64,000 bases of DNA from an uncultured Armatimonadia bacterium (GCA_963749155.1 CAVVLO010000005.1:64001-128000), one strand, 5' to 3'; positions 10,023 to 20,691 are shown, numbered from the stretch's first letter. Numbers and translations: made by a program. The notes: a model not told the origin generated them from the sequence alone.

Positions 10023-10639
10023 TCCCCGCTGGCCGGCTGCTGTTGCATACTTGCTGTGCCCCTTGTGCAACGGTCCTGCCCTCCGAGCTTGCCACCAGGG
10101 GTTTCGATGTCCAGTTGTTTTTCTACAATCCCAACATCCACCCCTATCGCGAGTTCAAGCTGCGCCTGCGCGAGGTTGAGCGGCTGGCAGAAATCGACTC
10201 GCTACGCCTGTTTTCTGACCCCTTGTACAGGATGCCGGAGTTCCTCAGAGAGGTCGTCCAAAAGGAGTTCAACAGGTGCCAAATCTGTTATAATCTTAGA
10301 CAAACTAGGACAGCCGCAAAGGCAGCCGAACTGGGCTATGAGTGGTTCTCCACCACGTTGCTCCAGAGTCCCTATCAAGATCAGAAAGCGCTAATCAAGG
10401 CCGGAGAAGAAGCCGCTCTGCGTTATGGCGTAAAGTTTTTGGCGGAGGACTTCACCCCCTGGTTTGGGCCTGGGGAGGCGCGCGCCAGGGAGCTTGGGCT
10501 CTACCAGCAGGCTTATTGCGGGTGCATCTACAGTGAGTGGGAGCGGTATAGTCCGCGCGCGCGCAAGCAGCTTGCCAGGCAGCTCTCTGAGTGGGATGAG
10601 CGCAAGCAGGCTGAGGCGCTCGAGCAGCCAGATAAGTAA
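9911..10639 (+). CDS. queH: Epoxyqueuosine reductase QueH (start codon uncertain)
   Basis: LLLHTCCAPC, FFYNPNIHP, RCQICY, FSTTLLQSPYQ, LYQQAYCGCIYS. Confidence 0.88.
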   Translation: MSSIPQTDGGRTSSSGLQSDGGGTAGATQKAPSADDVVPAGRLLLHTCCAPCATVLPSELATRGFDVQLFFYNPNIHPYREFKLRLREVERLAEIDSLRLFSDPLYRMPEFLREVVQKEFNRCQICYNLRQTRTAAKAAELGYEWFSTTLLQSPYQDQKALIKAGEEAALRYGVKFLAEDFTPWFGPGEARARELGLYQQAYCGCIYSEWERYSPRARKQLARQLSEWDERKQAEALEQPDK

Positions 10640-10669
10640 GGCTCGTCAAGTTGCTTTAAGCATCCCGAG

Positions 10670-11608
10670 GTGGCTTGGATGGAACTGCATAAGTGGCTCC
10701 AGGGTTTGCGCAAGAGTTCTGATGATGATGACGCGGAACAGGATGTCGAACAGGTCGCAGAATCGGAGGGCGATTCCGAGCCAGGTCTGGTAAGGCCTGC
10801 CCCGCGGAAGGAGCCTCTAGACTCTGACCCCCAGACCAAGGTGCCAGTGGTTGAGCCCGTGGCAAAAGAAGCCCCGCGCAATCCCGCCGCCCCGCTAGGC
10901 GGAGGCGAAGGTGTCTCGGCTCCCCGCGTGGTTCGGCGTGATAAATATGGCGTCGAATACGAAGAGGATGAGCCCTCCGAGCCTCAACTCTTTACTGAGC
11001 GTCCAGCGGAGCCAGCCAGGTCTGAGCCTCCTGTTCCAGAACCCAGGCCAGTTGTCGAAGCCGCCCAGGCCCCTGCGCCGCCGCCGGCGGTAGATCCTCT
11101 TCCGCCAGAGCCCGAAGTTGACCTTGTACCCGAGCCGCAGCCAGAACCGGAGCCCGAACCGGAAGCAGAACCCGAAACTGAAGCTACTCTCGAAGAAGAT
11201 CCCCTCGAGGCTCAGTTGCTTGCCCTTGAGCGTCAGAAAGAAGAACTGCTCCGCCTGAAGCAGGAGCGAGAAGAACAGCTTCGCCGCAAACGAGAAGAAG
11301 AAGAGGCTGCCCGACGCGCCCAGACAACTCTGCCTCTGGCTGGTTTACCTGCCGAGGTCGAGGCGCCTGTCCAACCCGATTATGAGAAGATGCTGGCCGA
11401 GCGTGACCGCCTTATCCAGCGCCTGGCCGACCCTGTCCTGACCCTCAAAGAAGCGGCCGACCTGCTTGGAGTATGCACAGCCACCGTAAGACGCTACACC
11501 AATAAGGGAGTGCTGCCTCACTTCCGGACCGCCGGCGCTCAGCGGCGATTCAGGCTCTCCCAGGTGCTCAAGTTTATGCGCGAGCATGGCCTCAGCCTGG
11601 AGGACTAG
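10670..11608 (+). CDS. Excisionase/BldC-type HTH protein with long acidic Pro/Glu-rich region and coiled coil
   Basis: C-terminal LTLKEAADLLGVCTATVRRYTNKGVLPHFRTAGAQRRFR; EPEPEP tract; ERQKEELLRLKQEREEQ coiled coil. Confidence 0.75.
   Translation: MAWMELHKWLQGLRKSSDDDDAEQDVEQVAESEGDSEPGLVRPAPRKEPLDSDPQTKVPVVEPVAKEAPRNPAAPLGGGEGVSAPRVVRRDKYGVEYEEDEPSEPQLFTERPAEPARSEPPVPEPRPVVEAAQAPAPPPAVDPLPPEPEVDLVPEPQPEPEPEPEAEPETEATLEEDPLEAQLLALERQKEELLRLKQEREEQLRRKREEEEAARRAQTTLPLAGLPAEVEAPVQPDYEKMLAERDRLIQRLADPVLTLKEAADLLGVCTATVRRYTNKGVLPHFRTAGAQRRFRLSQVLKFMREHGLSLED
11105..11180 (+). repeat. In-frame 6-nt-unit degenerate repeat encoding PEPQPEPEPEPEAEPE
   Basis: Run of CCN GAR units visible in the sequence. 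Confidence 0.6.
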
Positions 11609-11614
11609 CCCCTT

Positions 11615-12373
11615 TTGGAGAGCCAGGAATACCAAAAAATGCGCCGGCTCGAGGACCACTATTGGTGGTTCGTTGGCAGGAGAGAGGCGGTAGTGGCGTT
11701 GCTTGCCGAACGTCTCACTCCTGGTCAGCACCGCATAATTGGTGACATTGGTTGCGGGACCGGAGCAACCAGCCTGGCCTTGCGCGCTCTCGGTCAGGTT
11801 ATTGCGGTGGATTTATCACCTGAAGCCCTGACCTTGCATAGCCAAAGAGAAGATCATGGGCCGATGGTACAGGCTTCGGCGACTGGTTTGCCTTTTGCTC
11901 CAGGCGTTTTCGATGTGATGACCTACCTTGATATGCTGGAACACGTCGAAGCAGATGACATCGCACTGGCCGAAGCTTACAGGTTGCTTGCCCCAGGAGG
12001 TCTGCTGCTTGTCAGTGTGCCGGCCCATCCCTGGCTTTGGGGCAGCCATGATATTTCTCTGCACCATATGCGTCGATACAGGCGAACTGAACTGATTTCC
12101 AAACTACTCGATGCAGGTTTCGAACTGGAGCGCTGTACTTTTGCTGTAAGCCTGCTTGCGCCTCTGGCAGTGGTATATCGTCTTGCAGGCCATCTCTTTG
12201 GGCGCTCCAGGCCGGCTCATAGCGAGGCAATGGAACTGCCTGCTGCGATTAACAAGCTGTTGATCTGGATAATGCGTCTTGAGCGCGCGCTTTTACTGCG
12301 CTGGAACCTGCCGGCAGGCATCTCGCTGCTCTGCCTGGCTCACAAGCCCGAGCTTTCCGATACGCCCACATAA
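11615..12373 (+). CDS. Class I SAM-dependent methyltransferase
   Basis: EDHYWWFVGRR, DIGCGTG, LDMLEH, SVPAHPWLWGSHD, HMRRY. Confidence 0.85.
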   Translation: MESQEYQKMRRLEDHYWWFVGRREAVVALLAERLTPGQHRIIGDIGCGTGATSLALRALGQVIAVDLSPEALTLHSQREDHGPMVQASATGLPFAPGVFDVMTYLDMLEHVEADDIALAEAYRLLAPGGLLLVSVPAHPWLWGSHDISLHHMRRYRRTELISKLLDAGFELERCTFAVSLLAPLAVVYRLAGHLFGRSRPAHSEAMELPAAINKLLIWIMRLERALLLRWNLPAGISLLCLAHKPELSDTPT

Positions 12374-12376
12374 CAT

Positions 12377-13555
12377 ATGACCGAGCCACTCTCTACAACT
12401 CGTCCTGTTGCTCTCTTCACTGACGCCTACAAGCCAGTGATGAGTGGGGTTGTCAACTCGCTGGAGCTGTTCCGCAAGGGGCTGGAGGCGATCGGTCAGC
12501 CTGCGCTTGTCTTTGCGCCCAGGTTCCCTGGTTATGTGGTCGAGGGTGAGTGGGATGTCCGCTTCCCCTCCGTGTTGCTTTATAAGCGCGCCCAGCTTCC
12601 TTTTGCCGTGCCGGCCTCTCGCCGGGCCTGGCGCCGGTTCAGACAGGAGCAACCGGTGCTGGTGCATTCACAGCATCCTTTCTGGCTTGGCAAAACTGCC
12701 CTTGGGTATGCGCGCAGGGCGGATGTCCCCCTGGTGGCTACCATCCACACCCAGTATGAACAATATGTTCACTACATACCTCTGCCGGGCGCGACCGCCA
12801 GGCGCCTGGTACGAGGGATGGTCAGGCGTTACTGCCGCCAGGCCGATCAGGTGATTACGCCCTCACGCTCGATGGCAGAGCTGCTGGCAAGTCAAGGCAT
12901 CGCCGAGTCAGCCCAGGTCATACCCAATCCTCTCGATTTGTCTGCCTTCCGGGGTGAACTGCGAGGGGCGGAAGTGCGCGCGCGTTATGGCCTTACCACT
13001 GACCAGATCGTCTTTGGTTTCATAGGACGTATGGCCCGCGAGAAGAATCTCGAGACTCTGCTGGCGGCTTTCGACGAGGTACACCGGCAGCTCCCGGAGG
13101 CCAGGTTATTGCTGGTCGGCCCTGGCCCTTATCTGCCCGAACTGCGACAGTTCGCTGGCAGACTCGATTCGAATCAGGCAATCGTGTTTACTGATCGTGT
13201 GCCCTTTGAGGAGATAGCCCACTACCACGCCGCGCTGGACGTTTTCGTTATGACTTCGACCACAGAAGTCCAGCCGCTTGTGCTGCCCGAAGCGATGGCT
13301 GCCGGGGCTTGTCTGGTGGCCGCCGATGCAGTTGGGCCGCGAGATGTCCTCATAAAAGAAAAAACTGGGTTGCTTTGTGAACCGACCCAGGAGGCCTTTG
13401 TCACTACAATGCTCAAAGCAGGCCGAGAGCCAGAACTGCGCCATCGTCTTGGCCAGGCCGCAAGGCAGGCGGCGGAGGAGTATGATATTCCGAAGGCCAC
13501 CGAACGGCTGCTGACTTTGTATCGCAATACACTGGCTGATTATCAGAAACGGTAG
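12377..13555 (+). CDS. GT4 glycosyltransferase (diacylglycerol glucosyltransferase-like)
   Basis: FTDAYKPVMSGVVNS, TIHTQYEQYVHY, GRMAREKN, SxTEVQPLVLPEAMAAG. Confidence 0.85.
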   Translation: MTEPLSTTRPVALFTDAYKPVMSGVVNSLELFRKGLEAIGQPALVFAPRFPGYVVEGEWDVRFPSVLLYKRAQLPFAVPASRRAWRRFRQEQPVLVHSQHPFWLGKTALGYARRADVPLVATIHTQYEQYVHYIPLPGATARRLVRGMVRRYCRQADQVITPSRSMAELLASQGIAESAQVIPNPLDLSAFRGELRGAEVRARYGLTTDQIVFGFIGRMAREKNLETLLAAFDEVHRQLPEARLLLVGPGPYLPELRQFAGRLDSNQAIVFTDRVPFEEIAHYHAALDVFVMTSTTEVQPLVLPEAMAAGACLVAADAVGPRDVLIKEKTGLLCEPTQEAFVTTMLKAGREPELRHRLGQAARQAAEEYDIPKATERLLTLYRNTLADYQKR

Positions 13556-13597
13556 AGAATTCGTCTTTGAAATACAGAACATATCGGAGGAGTCCGG

Positions 13598-14590
13598 ATG
13601 AAGATCCTGCTTGTTGGTGTTGGGCCAATGGGCTCGGTATGGCGTAATGTAATTGAGCAATACCCTACCGCCGAGGCCGTTGGTTATGTCGATCTGGATG
13701 AAGGCGCGCTTAAGCGTTTGCAGGAGGAACACGGGGTTGCTTCTTCTGCGCTTTTTACTGATCTGGCTACTGCCCTTGCCAGCACGCAGGCTGATGTCGG
13801 CCTTATCGCTACTCCGCCTGCCATCCACAGAGCCAATGCCGAAGCGCTACTCGCCGCAGGACTCGATGTCATCACCGAGAAACCTCTTGCAGGCAACTGG
13901 GAAGACGCTCTGGCGATTGCCGAAGCTGCTCGCACAAGTGGGAAGCTGATGATGGTCGCGCAAAATTATCGCTTCCGGCCTGGTTGTCGCAAGGTGCATG
14001 CCTTGCTTGCCGAAAATATAATCGGCGACCTCGGCTATGTGGGAGTGGAGTTCCATAAGGCGGCAGACTTCGGCCCAGAAAATTTCCGTACCTTGATGGA
14101 GTACCCGCTGCTGATAGATATGTCTATCCACCATTTTGATCTGTTGCGTTATATGACGGGCACCAATGTGATCGAAGTCCAGGCGGACAGCTTCCGCCCC
14201 AGTTGGAGTTGGTACAAGCACGAGCCAGGCCTTGTGATGTCGATGAAACTGTCAAGCGACCTCATCGCAAGCTACCTGGGTTGCTGGGCTGCTCCTGGAG
14301 ATGAGACCTCCTGGGATGGTCGCTGGCGGTTCCAGGGAGAGCGCGGTACGCTGTTATGGAACGAACATGGCATCAATGTGCAGTATGCCGATGGTTCTGC
14401 GCGCAAGTTTGAGCCTGATCCAATGCCCTATACTGATCAGGCTTATGTGCTCTATGAGTTTGAAAAAGCCAGAGCCGAGGGACGCCAGCCCGAGACCAGC
14501 GTAGAAGACAACCTTCATAGCCTGGAGATTGAGTTCATGGCACTTGAGTCTATAAACCAGGGTGGGCGAATCCGCTCGAAACTGGTCTAG
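13598..14590 (+). CDS. Gfo/Idh/MocA family oxidoreductase
   Basis: GVGPMG Rossmann fold, ATPP, TEKPLA, AQNYRF, DMSIHHFD. Confidence 0.87.
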   Translation: MKILLVGVGPMGSVWRNVIEQYPTAEAVGYVDLDEGALKRLQEEHGVASSALFTDLATALASTQADVGLIATPPAIHRANAEALLAAGLDVITEKPLAGNWEDALAIAEAARTSGKLMMVAQNYRFRPGCRKVHALLAENIIGDLGYVGVEFHKAADFGPENFRTLMEYPLLIDMSIHHFDLLRYMTGTNVIEVQADSFRPSWSWYKHEPGLVMSMKLSSDLIASYLGCWAAPGDETSWDGRWRFQGERGTLLWNEHGINVQYADGSARKFEPDPMPYTDQAYVLYEFEKARAEGRQPETSVEDNLHSLEIEFMALESINQGGRIRSKLV

Positions 14591-14634
14591 TTTGATAACC
14601 GCGGCGCAAGAGCGCCGCCAGGAGAACGACGCAA

Positions 14635-15912
14635 GTGGTTGCCGAAATCCTTTCAGTTGGGACCGAGTTGCTTCTCGGTCAGATAGTGGATACAAATGCT
14701 GCTTTTCTTTCCCAGCGGTTAGCCCAGCTTGGGGTGAATCTCTATACCCGTACCACGGTAGGAGATAACCAGGGGCGGCTTGTTGAGTTGCTGCGCAAAG
14801 CAACCGAGCGCAGCGATCTGGTGATTCTCACCGGAGGCATTGGCCCAACGCCCGATGACATCACTAGAGAGGCCTTGGCAGAACTTGCCGGCGTGTCTCT
14901 GGTCGAGTGGCCCGAGCTCCGCGCTCGGCTTGAGGAGTTTTTTGTGAAGCGCGGACGTCCGATGACCAACATCAATCTCAAACAGGCAACGCTTCCTGTA
15001 GGCGCTGAGCCGTTGGAGAACCCGATGGGTACCGCGCCGGGCATCTGGATGCGCTACGGGCGGGCTTTCCTCGCCAGTATGCCAGGGGTGCCGCATGAGA
15101 TGGAAGCGATGTTCGAGCGCCAGGTCGTGCCTCGGCTGCAACGCGAACTCGGAGAGGCGCTTCTGCCAGTCTACGCGCGCACTTTGCGCTTCTGCGGGGT
15201 GGGGGAGAGCGCCCTGGTTACTCAGCTTGAGGACGTTATCGAGGGCCAGACCAATCCTACTCTGGGCACAATGGCTGGCAGTGGCGAGGTGAAGCTGCGG
15301 ATTGCCGCTCAGGCCACCTCGTCGGCCGAGGCAGAAGCTTTGCTGCGCCCAGTACTCGACGAAGTCACTTCCCGGATGGGCACTCACCTTTGTGGCTATG
15401 ATGACCTCTCACTTGAGCAAGTATTGCTCCACCGTTTGGAAGCACTGCAACTTACTCTGGCTGTAGCCGAGAGCTGCACTGGCGGCCAGCTTGCCAAACG
15501 GCTGACCGATGTGCCAGGCGCCTCGAAGACTTTCCTGGGTGGGGTTATCTGTTACAGCAACCAGTCCAAACAGGAGCTGCTTGGAGTGAGCGAAGCCTCG
15601 CTTCGAGAGCAGGGCGCCGTCAGCGAGCAGGTCGCGCGTGAACTGGCCGCAGGTGTGGCAGAGCGGCTGCATGCCGACCTTGCGATTGGCATAACGGGGA
15701 TTGCTGGCCCTGAGGGAGGCACTCCCGACAAGCCGGTAGGTACGGTCTGGCTAGGCTATAGTTTTCAGGGAGAGGTGTCAGCCCAGCAATTCCTGTTCCA
15801 TGGAGACCGCTGGATGGTGCGTATGTGGGCGGTGCAGCAGGCACTGGCGGGACTTTGGGAAAAGCTTGGCGCGCAGCTTGTAATCCCGCCGCTTGGGGCG
15901 AGTGACAGCTAG
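14635..15912 (+). CDS. cinA: Competence/damage-inducible protein CinA (MoCF domain plus NMN deamidase PncC)
   Basis: VGTELLLGQIVDTNA, TGGIGPTPDDITRE, PGVPHEM, AESCTGG, ITGIAGPEGG. Confidence 0.94.
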   Translation: MVAEILSVGTELLLGQIVDTNAAFLSQRLAQLGVNLYTRTTVGDNQGRLVELLRKATERSDLVILTGGIGPTPDDITREALAELAGVSLVEWPELRARLEEFFVKRGRPMTNINLKQATLPVGAEPLENPMGTAPGIWMRYGRAFLASMPGVPHEMEAMFERQVVPRLQRELGEALLPVYARTLRFCGVGESALVTQLEDVIEGQTNPTLGTMAGSGEVKLRIAAQATSSAEAEALLRPVLDEVTSRMGTHLCGYDDLSLEQVLLHRLEALQLTLAVAESCTGGQLAKRLTDVPGASKTFLGGVICYSNQSKQELLGVSEASLREQGAVSEQVARELAAGVAERLHADLAIGITGIAGPEGGTPDKPVGTVWLGYSFQGEVSAQQFLFHGDRWMVRMWAVQQALAGLWEKLGAQLVIPPLGASDS

Positions 15913-16483
15913 ATGGCGGGCGCTGTTGGAAGATTTTTCCTTGCCGCGCCACTTCCCCAGTCGCTGAAGAATTATCTGGCCCAGTTACAGCAAACAGTTC
16001 GCAGCCAATTGAGTCAGCCTTTGCGCTGGGTGAAACCTGAGGGGATGCATCTGACCCTCAAGTTTATCGGAGATTTCGAGAGAGCGCGGCTCAAGGAGCT
16101 GGAAGAGGCTCTGAGCGCTTGGACTGGCTGGCAAACCGACCTTGTCGCTTGCTCTCACCAGACTTGGAGCTTTTCCTGATGCGCGCAAGGCGCGAGTGCT
16201 TTGGGTGGGCCTCGAGGGCGATATCGGGCCGCTTGCCGACTTGGCTGTTACCTGTGATGAGCTAACAGCCAAACTCGGAGTTGCGCCAGAACAAAAAAAA
16301 TTTAGTCCCCATCTAACACTTGCACGGGCTGCTGGCCAGGAATTTGCATATCTGGAAGAGTTGGTCGCCAAAGTGCAAGTGGAGCCACTAGCTTTTCCAG
16401 TGGCCGAGGTGCAACTGATAGAGAGTCAGTTGCGTCCAGGAGGCTCGCTCTACAAGCTAGTATGTGACTTTCCTCTGGGGTAG
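15913..16483 (+). CDS. thpR: RNA 2',3'-cyclic phosphodiesterase (2H family), +1 frameshift near 16134
   Basis: HLTL in each half (MHLTLKFIG; FSPHLTLAR); removing one A from CAAACC joins the two ORFs as WQPTLSLALTRLGAFP. Confidence 0.85.
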
Positions 16484-16531
16484 CGGAGCTACTCCCCAGC
16501 AGTATAGAATATAAACTGGAGGGTTCCACGG

Positions 16532-17629
16532 ATGACGGATAAACCAGAACGTGATAGCGATGCCAAGCGCCAGAAAGCGCTTGAGTTGGCAATGACGCAG
16601 ATAGAAAGGCAGTATGGCAAGGGCAGCGTAATGAGACTTGGTGAGAAGCCCAAAGCCAGCGATGTGCCGGTCATCCCGACTGGTTCGCTTGCGCTGGACA
16701 TCGCCATCGGGGTTGGGGGATATCCCCGGGGTCGTATTATCGAGATCTTCGGCCAGGAGTCCTCTGGTAAAACCACCCTGGGCCTGCACGCGCTTGCCGA
16801 AGCTCAAAAACTGGGCGGCGTCGCAGCGATGATTGACGCCGAGCACGCGCTCGATCCCGAGTATGCCCAGCGCATCGGGCTTGATGTGGACAACCTGCTT
16901 ATATCTCAGCCCGACACGGGGGAGCAGGCTCTTGAAATCACTGAGGCGCTCATCCGCAGTGGCGCGGTAGACGTCATCGTGGTGGACTCCGTGGCCGCTC
17001 TTGTGCCTCGGGCCGAGATAGATGGCGAGATGGGCGATGCCCATGTAGGCCTGCAGGCAAGGCTGATGTCTCAGGCGCTTCGCAAGCTCGCTTCAGCCGT
17101 TGCCAAAGCCGGTACAGTCGTCATCTTCCTCAACCAGATTCGCGAAAAAGTTGGCGTCATGTTTGGCAATCCCGAGACAACGCCAGGTGGGCGCGCGCTC
17201 AAGTTCTGGTCTTCTTTGCGTCTTGAGATGCGCCGGCGCGAGGTTTTGAAGAAGAACAATGAAACAATCGGTATCAGAGCGCGTGTAAAAGTGGTAAAAA
17301 ATAAAGTGGCGCCACCTTTTAAAGAGGCCGAGTTCGATATTCTGTTTGGGACTGGAGTCTCTCGCGAAGGTGACGTGGTAGACCTGGGCACCGAGTTTGG
17401 CCTGATTGAGAAGTCCGGCACCTGGTTCTCTTTCGGGAGCGAAAGGCTTGGGCAGGGGCGCGAGAACGCCAAAGAGTATCTGGCGGAGCACCCAGACCTG
17501 ACTGCTGAGCTGGAGATTAAGATCCGCCAGCAAGCGGCAGAGGCCCGAGTCCGGCTCTACGGAGCGCCCTCTTCCGGAGAGGGCAGTGAGGATGACGAAC
17601 TCATGCCAGAGACCGAGCTGGAAGAGTAA
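16532..17629 (+). CDS. recA: Recombinase RecA
   Basis: [54 protein letters not shown]. Confidence 0.98.
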   Translation: MTDKPERDSDAKRQKALELAMTQIERQYGKGSVMRLGEKPKASDVPVIPTGSLALDIAIGVGGYPRGRIIEIFGQESSGKTTLGLHALAEAQKLGGVAAMIDAEHALDPEYAQRIGLDVDNLLISQPDTGEQALEITEALIRSGAVDVIVVDSVAALVPRAEIDGEMGDAHVGLQARLMSQALRKLASAVAKAGTVVIFLNQIREKVGVMFGNPETTPGGRALKFWSSLRLEMRRREVLKKNNETIGIRARVKVVKNKVAPPFKEAEFDILFGTGVSREGDVVDLGTEFGLIEKSGTWFSFGSERLGQGRENAKEYLAEHPDLTAELEIKIRQQAAEARVRLYGAPSSGEGSEDDELMPETELEE

Positions 17630-17671
17630 ACCCGACTCTGTTCCGCCTTGGACGGTGGATTTTCCTATATA

Positions 17672-18172
17672 ATGAGGAAATCAGGATCAATCAAACCTGA
17701 TCCACCGAACCGGTCCGCATATGGGCGCGCTGTGAAATTGCTTGCTCGTTCGCCCAGGACCGAGAGAGAACTTGAAAATCGATTAGCTAAAGAAGGCTTT
17801 GAGCAAACAGACATCAGGGAGGCGATGCAGAAGCTCAAGCATCAGAGCTGGCTGGATGACAGGCAGCTTGCCCAAAGTTGGCTTGAGATTCGAGCCGCGT
17901 CCAGTCCCGTTGGCCCAGCCTGGGCCAGGGGCTATCTGGGGCAGAGAGGAGTGCCTGCTGAGACTGCAAACGAAGTCATCAGCGCCTTCTACGAAGAGCA
18001 CCCAGAGCTCGAATCGGCCTTGAAACTGGCCGCCAGCTGGTTCAGGACGCATCCTGAGGGAACTCGGGAGCAATTACTAAGGTTCCTTGCAAGGCGAGGC
18101 TTCTCTACAGGAGCCTGTCTTGATGCCGTGGAAGCCTTCTCAGACAGGCAGGGTTTTCACGAAGCCATGTAG
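17672..18172 (+). CDS. recX: Regulatory protein RecX (alternative TTG start at 17648)
   Basis: Follows recA; AVKLLARSPRTERELENRL, WLDD, RFLARRGF. Confidence 0.85.
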   Translation: MRKSGSIKPDPPNRSAYGRAVKLLARSPRTERELENRLAKEGFEQTDIREAMQKLKHQSWLDDRQLAQSWLEIRAASSPVGPAWARGYLGQRGVPAETANEVISAFYEEHPELESALKLAASWFRTHPEGTREQLLRFLARRGFSTGACLDAVEAFSDRQGFHEAM

Positions 18173-18186
18173 GCGATAAAGCAAGA

Positions 18187-18320
18187 GGACGTGCACGAAA
18201 CATCGGCCTGTTTCTCATAGAGGGAGTAACTCACCTGAAAGGCGAGTATAACCGCGGCGCCTCGCGCGCCGCTCGAATAGAGAATTACCCCATACGAGGA
18301 ACGATGTTTCGTTCACGCCC
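18187..18320 (+). ncRNA. Candidate structured RNA (6S-like RNA or rny leader)
   Basis: GTGCACGAAACATCG (18191-18205) pairs with CGATGTTTCGTTCAC (18302-18316); inner stem GGGAGTAA/TTACCCC; two apical hairpins. Confidence 0.4.
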
Positions 18321-18355
18321 CCAGAGTACTAACTACTCTTGGAGGTGAGAACGAA

Positions 18356-19909
18356 ATGGGAGAACTAAACAACGTTGCTGTTGCAGCCCTTACACTGGCT
18401 GCGGCGGCAGCGCTTTTGCTGGCCTTCATTATGATGGCGCGCGCTCAGTATGAGCGTAAAGATGTCGCCAGGCAGCGCGAGCTTGCTGATGAAAACCTTT
18501 CCAAAGCCAAGGAAGAAGCCGAACGCCTCAAGCGCCAGGCTATTGTTGAGGGCCGCGAAGAGGTCTTGAAGCTCCGCGAGGATGCCGAGGCCGAATTAAA
18601 ACAACAACGCCAGGAAGCCCAGCGCTCAGAGCGCAGGATAGAACAGCGCGAAGAGGGACTGGAGAGGCGTCTTACCCAGATCGATTCCAGGGAGAAGGAT
18701 CTAGTAGAGCGCGAACAGCGCCTGCAGGACCGTCATCAGGAATTGGACGCACTGCTTGAGCGTCAGCGGCAGGAACTGGAACGAGTTTCAGGGCTCTCGG
18801 CCGACCAGGCCAGGGAGATGCTTCTGAAGCAGGTCCAGGATGATGTTCAGCACGAAACCGCAAAGCTTATCAAAGACGCCGAAGAAGACTACAAGCAGCG
18901 CAGCGACCAACTGGCTCGCGAGATAATCACTCAGGGTATCCAGCGTTGCGCCGTTGACCACGTAGTAGAGACCACTGTTTCGACTGTCGCTCTTCCCAGT
19001 GATGATATGAAGGGCCGTATCGTCGGCCGCGAGGGTCGTAATATCCGGGCCTTCGAGAATATCACCGGCGTAGACCTCATCGTGGACGACACCCCCGAAG
19101 CGGTTGTGCTGTCCAGTTTCGATCCCATCCGGCGCGAGGTGGCTCGTGTCTCACTCGAGCGACTTGTCAGCGATGGGCGCATCCACCCGGGACGTATCGA
19201 GTCGGTAGTTGAGAAAGCTCGTACCGAGATGGAGCAGAAGATACGCGAAGCTGGAGACAGGGCCACTTTCGATGTCGGAGTCTCAGGACTTCATCCCGAG
19301 CTGGTGCGGATGCTCGGTCGACTCAAGTATCGCACTTCATACGGGCAGAACGCCCTGCAGCACTCAATCGAAGTTGCTCATCTCTCGGCGATTATGGCCG
19401 CTGAGCTGGACGCCAAAGTCCACATCGCGAAGCGCGCGGGTTTGCTGCATGACCTGGGCAAGGCTGTCGACTTCGAGAGCGAAGGGCCTCATGCCCAGCT
19501 TGGCGCAGAACTGGCTCAGCGCTACAAGGAATCTCCCGAGGTTGTGCATGGCATTGCAGCTCACCATGCCGAGGTGGAAATCCAGACCGTCGAAGCCGCC
19601 CTCGTGCAGGCCGCGGATGCCATTTCCGCCGCCAGGCCAGGCGCCAGGCGCGAGAGCCTCGAGTCATATGTCAAACGTCTGGAGAAGCTGGAACACATCG
19701 CCGACCAGACCCCTGGCGTCGACAAAGCTTTCGCCATCCAGGCAGGCCGAGAGGTACGGATCCTTGTGAAACCCGAGCAGGTGGATGACGTGCTGGTTGC
19801 CAAACTGGCCCGGGACATCGCCAGCCGTATCGAAGAAGAACTGGATTATCCAGGTCAGATCCGTGTCACTGTTATCAGAGAGACGCGCGTTGTGGAGTAT
19901 GCCAAGTGA
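18356..19909 (+). CDS. rny: Ribonuclease Y
   Basis: N-terminal TM, coiled coil, KH domain ([14 protein letters not shown]), HD domain (LLHDLGK), [24 protein letters not shown]. Confidence 0.97.
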   Translation: MGELNNVAVAALTLAAAAALLLAFIMMARAQYERKDVARQRELADENLSKAKEEAERLKRQAIVEGREEVLKLREDAEAELKQQRQEAQRSERRIEQREEGLERRLTQIDSREKDLVEREQRLQDRHQELDALLERQRQELERVSGLSADQAREMLLKQVQDDVQHETAKLIKDAEEDYKQRSDQLAREIITQGIQRCAVDHVVETTVSTVALPSDDMKGRIVGREGRNIRAFENITGVDLIVDDTPEAVVLSSFDPIRREVARVSLERLVSDGRIHPGRIESVVEKARTEMEQKIREAGDRATFDVGVSGLHPELVRMLGRLKYRTSYGQNALQHSIEVAHLSAIMAAELDAKVHIAKRAGLLHDLGKAVDFESEGPHAQLGAELAQRYKESPEVVHGIAAHHAEVEIQTVEAALVQAADAISAARPGARRESLESYVKRLEKLEHIADQTPGVDKAFAIQAGREVRILVKPEQVDDVLVAKLARDIASRIEEELDYPGQIRVTVIRETRVVEYAK

Positions 19910-20691
19910 GGTTGCTCTTCCTGGGCGATATCATCGGGCGGCCCGGTCGCAAGGCCGTGGCCGCCCGGCTTGGCGACCTTGTCGAGGCTCAGTCTATCGA
20001 CTTCGTAATCGCCAATGCCGAGAATGCCTCTGGCGGGCTTGGGCTTATGCCCGAGGCGGCCCAGGATCTGCTGAACTGTGGTATAGATGTCCTCACCACT
20101 GGCAACCACGTGTGGGCCAAGCGTCAGCTTTACCCTCTGCTCGATCAGGAGCCTCGTTTGCTGCGCCCTCACAACTACCCGCCGGGCAATCCTGGGCGTG
20201 GTGTTGGAGTGTTCCGGACTGCCTCCGGGCAGCCTGTGGGAGTAATCAATTTGCTCGGTCGTACCTTCATGGAACCGCTTGAGTCGCCTTTTACCGCGGT
20301 GGAAGGGCTTATTGAAGGTTTACGCGCCGAGGGATGTGGTACAATTATTCTTGACTTCCATGCGGAAGCGACCAGTGAGAAACAAGCAATGGGTTGGCTG
20401 CTCGATGGTAAAGTGACTGCCGTGCTGGGTACTCACACCCATGTGCAGACCAACGATGCTCGATTGCTTGAAGCAGGCACCGCCTATGTCACTGATGTCG
20501 GGCTATGTGGGCCACGCGATTCAGTTCTGGGACTGACGCGCGAACCCATATTACAGCGGTTCCTGTTACAGACACCCCAGCGTTTTGAAGTAGCGAAAGG
20601 ACCAGTAATACTCTGTGGCGCAGTTATAGAAGCTGACGAGGGAACGGGCAAAGCCACCAGCGTAACTCTGGTGCAGGAATTGGTCGAGTAG
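19906..20691 (+). CDS. ymdB: YmdB (TIGR00282-type) metallophosphoesterase
   Basis: [45 protein letters not shown]. Confidence 0.92.
   Translation: MRLLFLGDIIGRPGRKAVAARLGDLVEAQSIDFVIANAENASGGLGLMPEAAQDLLNCGIDVLTTGNHVWAKRQLYPLLDQEPRLLRPHNYPPGNPGRGVGVFRTASGQPVGVINLLGRTFMEPLESPFTAVEGLIEGLRAEGCGTIILDFHAEATSEKQAMGWLLDGKVTAVLGTHTHVQTNDARLLEAGTAYVTDVGLCGPRDSVLGLTREPILQRFLLQTPQRFEVAKGPVILCGAVIEADEGTGKATSVTLVQELVE

Noticed and set aside
11438..11575. Excisionase-like HTH as a sign of a prophage or ICE
   Set aside because: No integrase, att repeats or phage genes; embedded among housekeeping genes.
18222..18250. GGGAGTA as a yybP-ykoY riboswitch start
   Set aside because: The downstream GAGACC element is absent and the gene context does not fit.
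18299..18310. GAAC-GATG-TTTC, a near SOS box in the recA cluster
   Set aside because: Imperfect, lies within the RNA stem arm, and no comparable box is seen upstream of recA.
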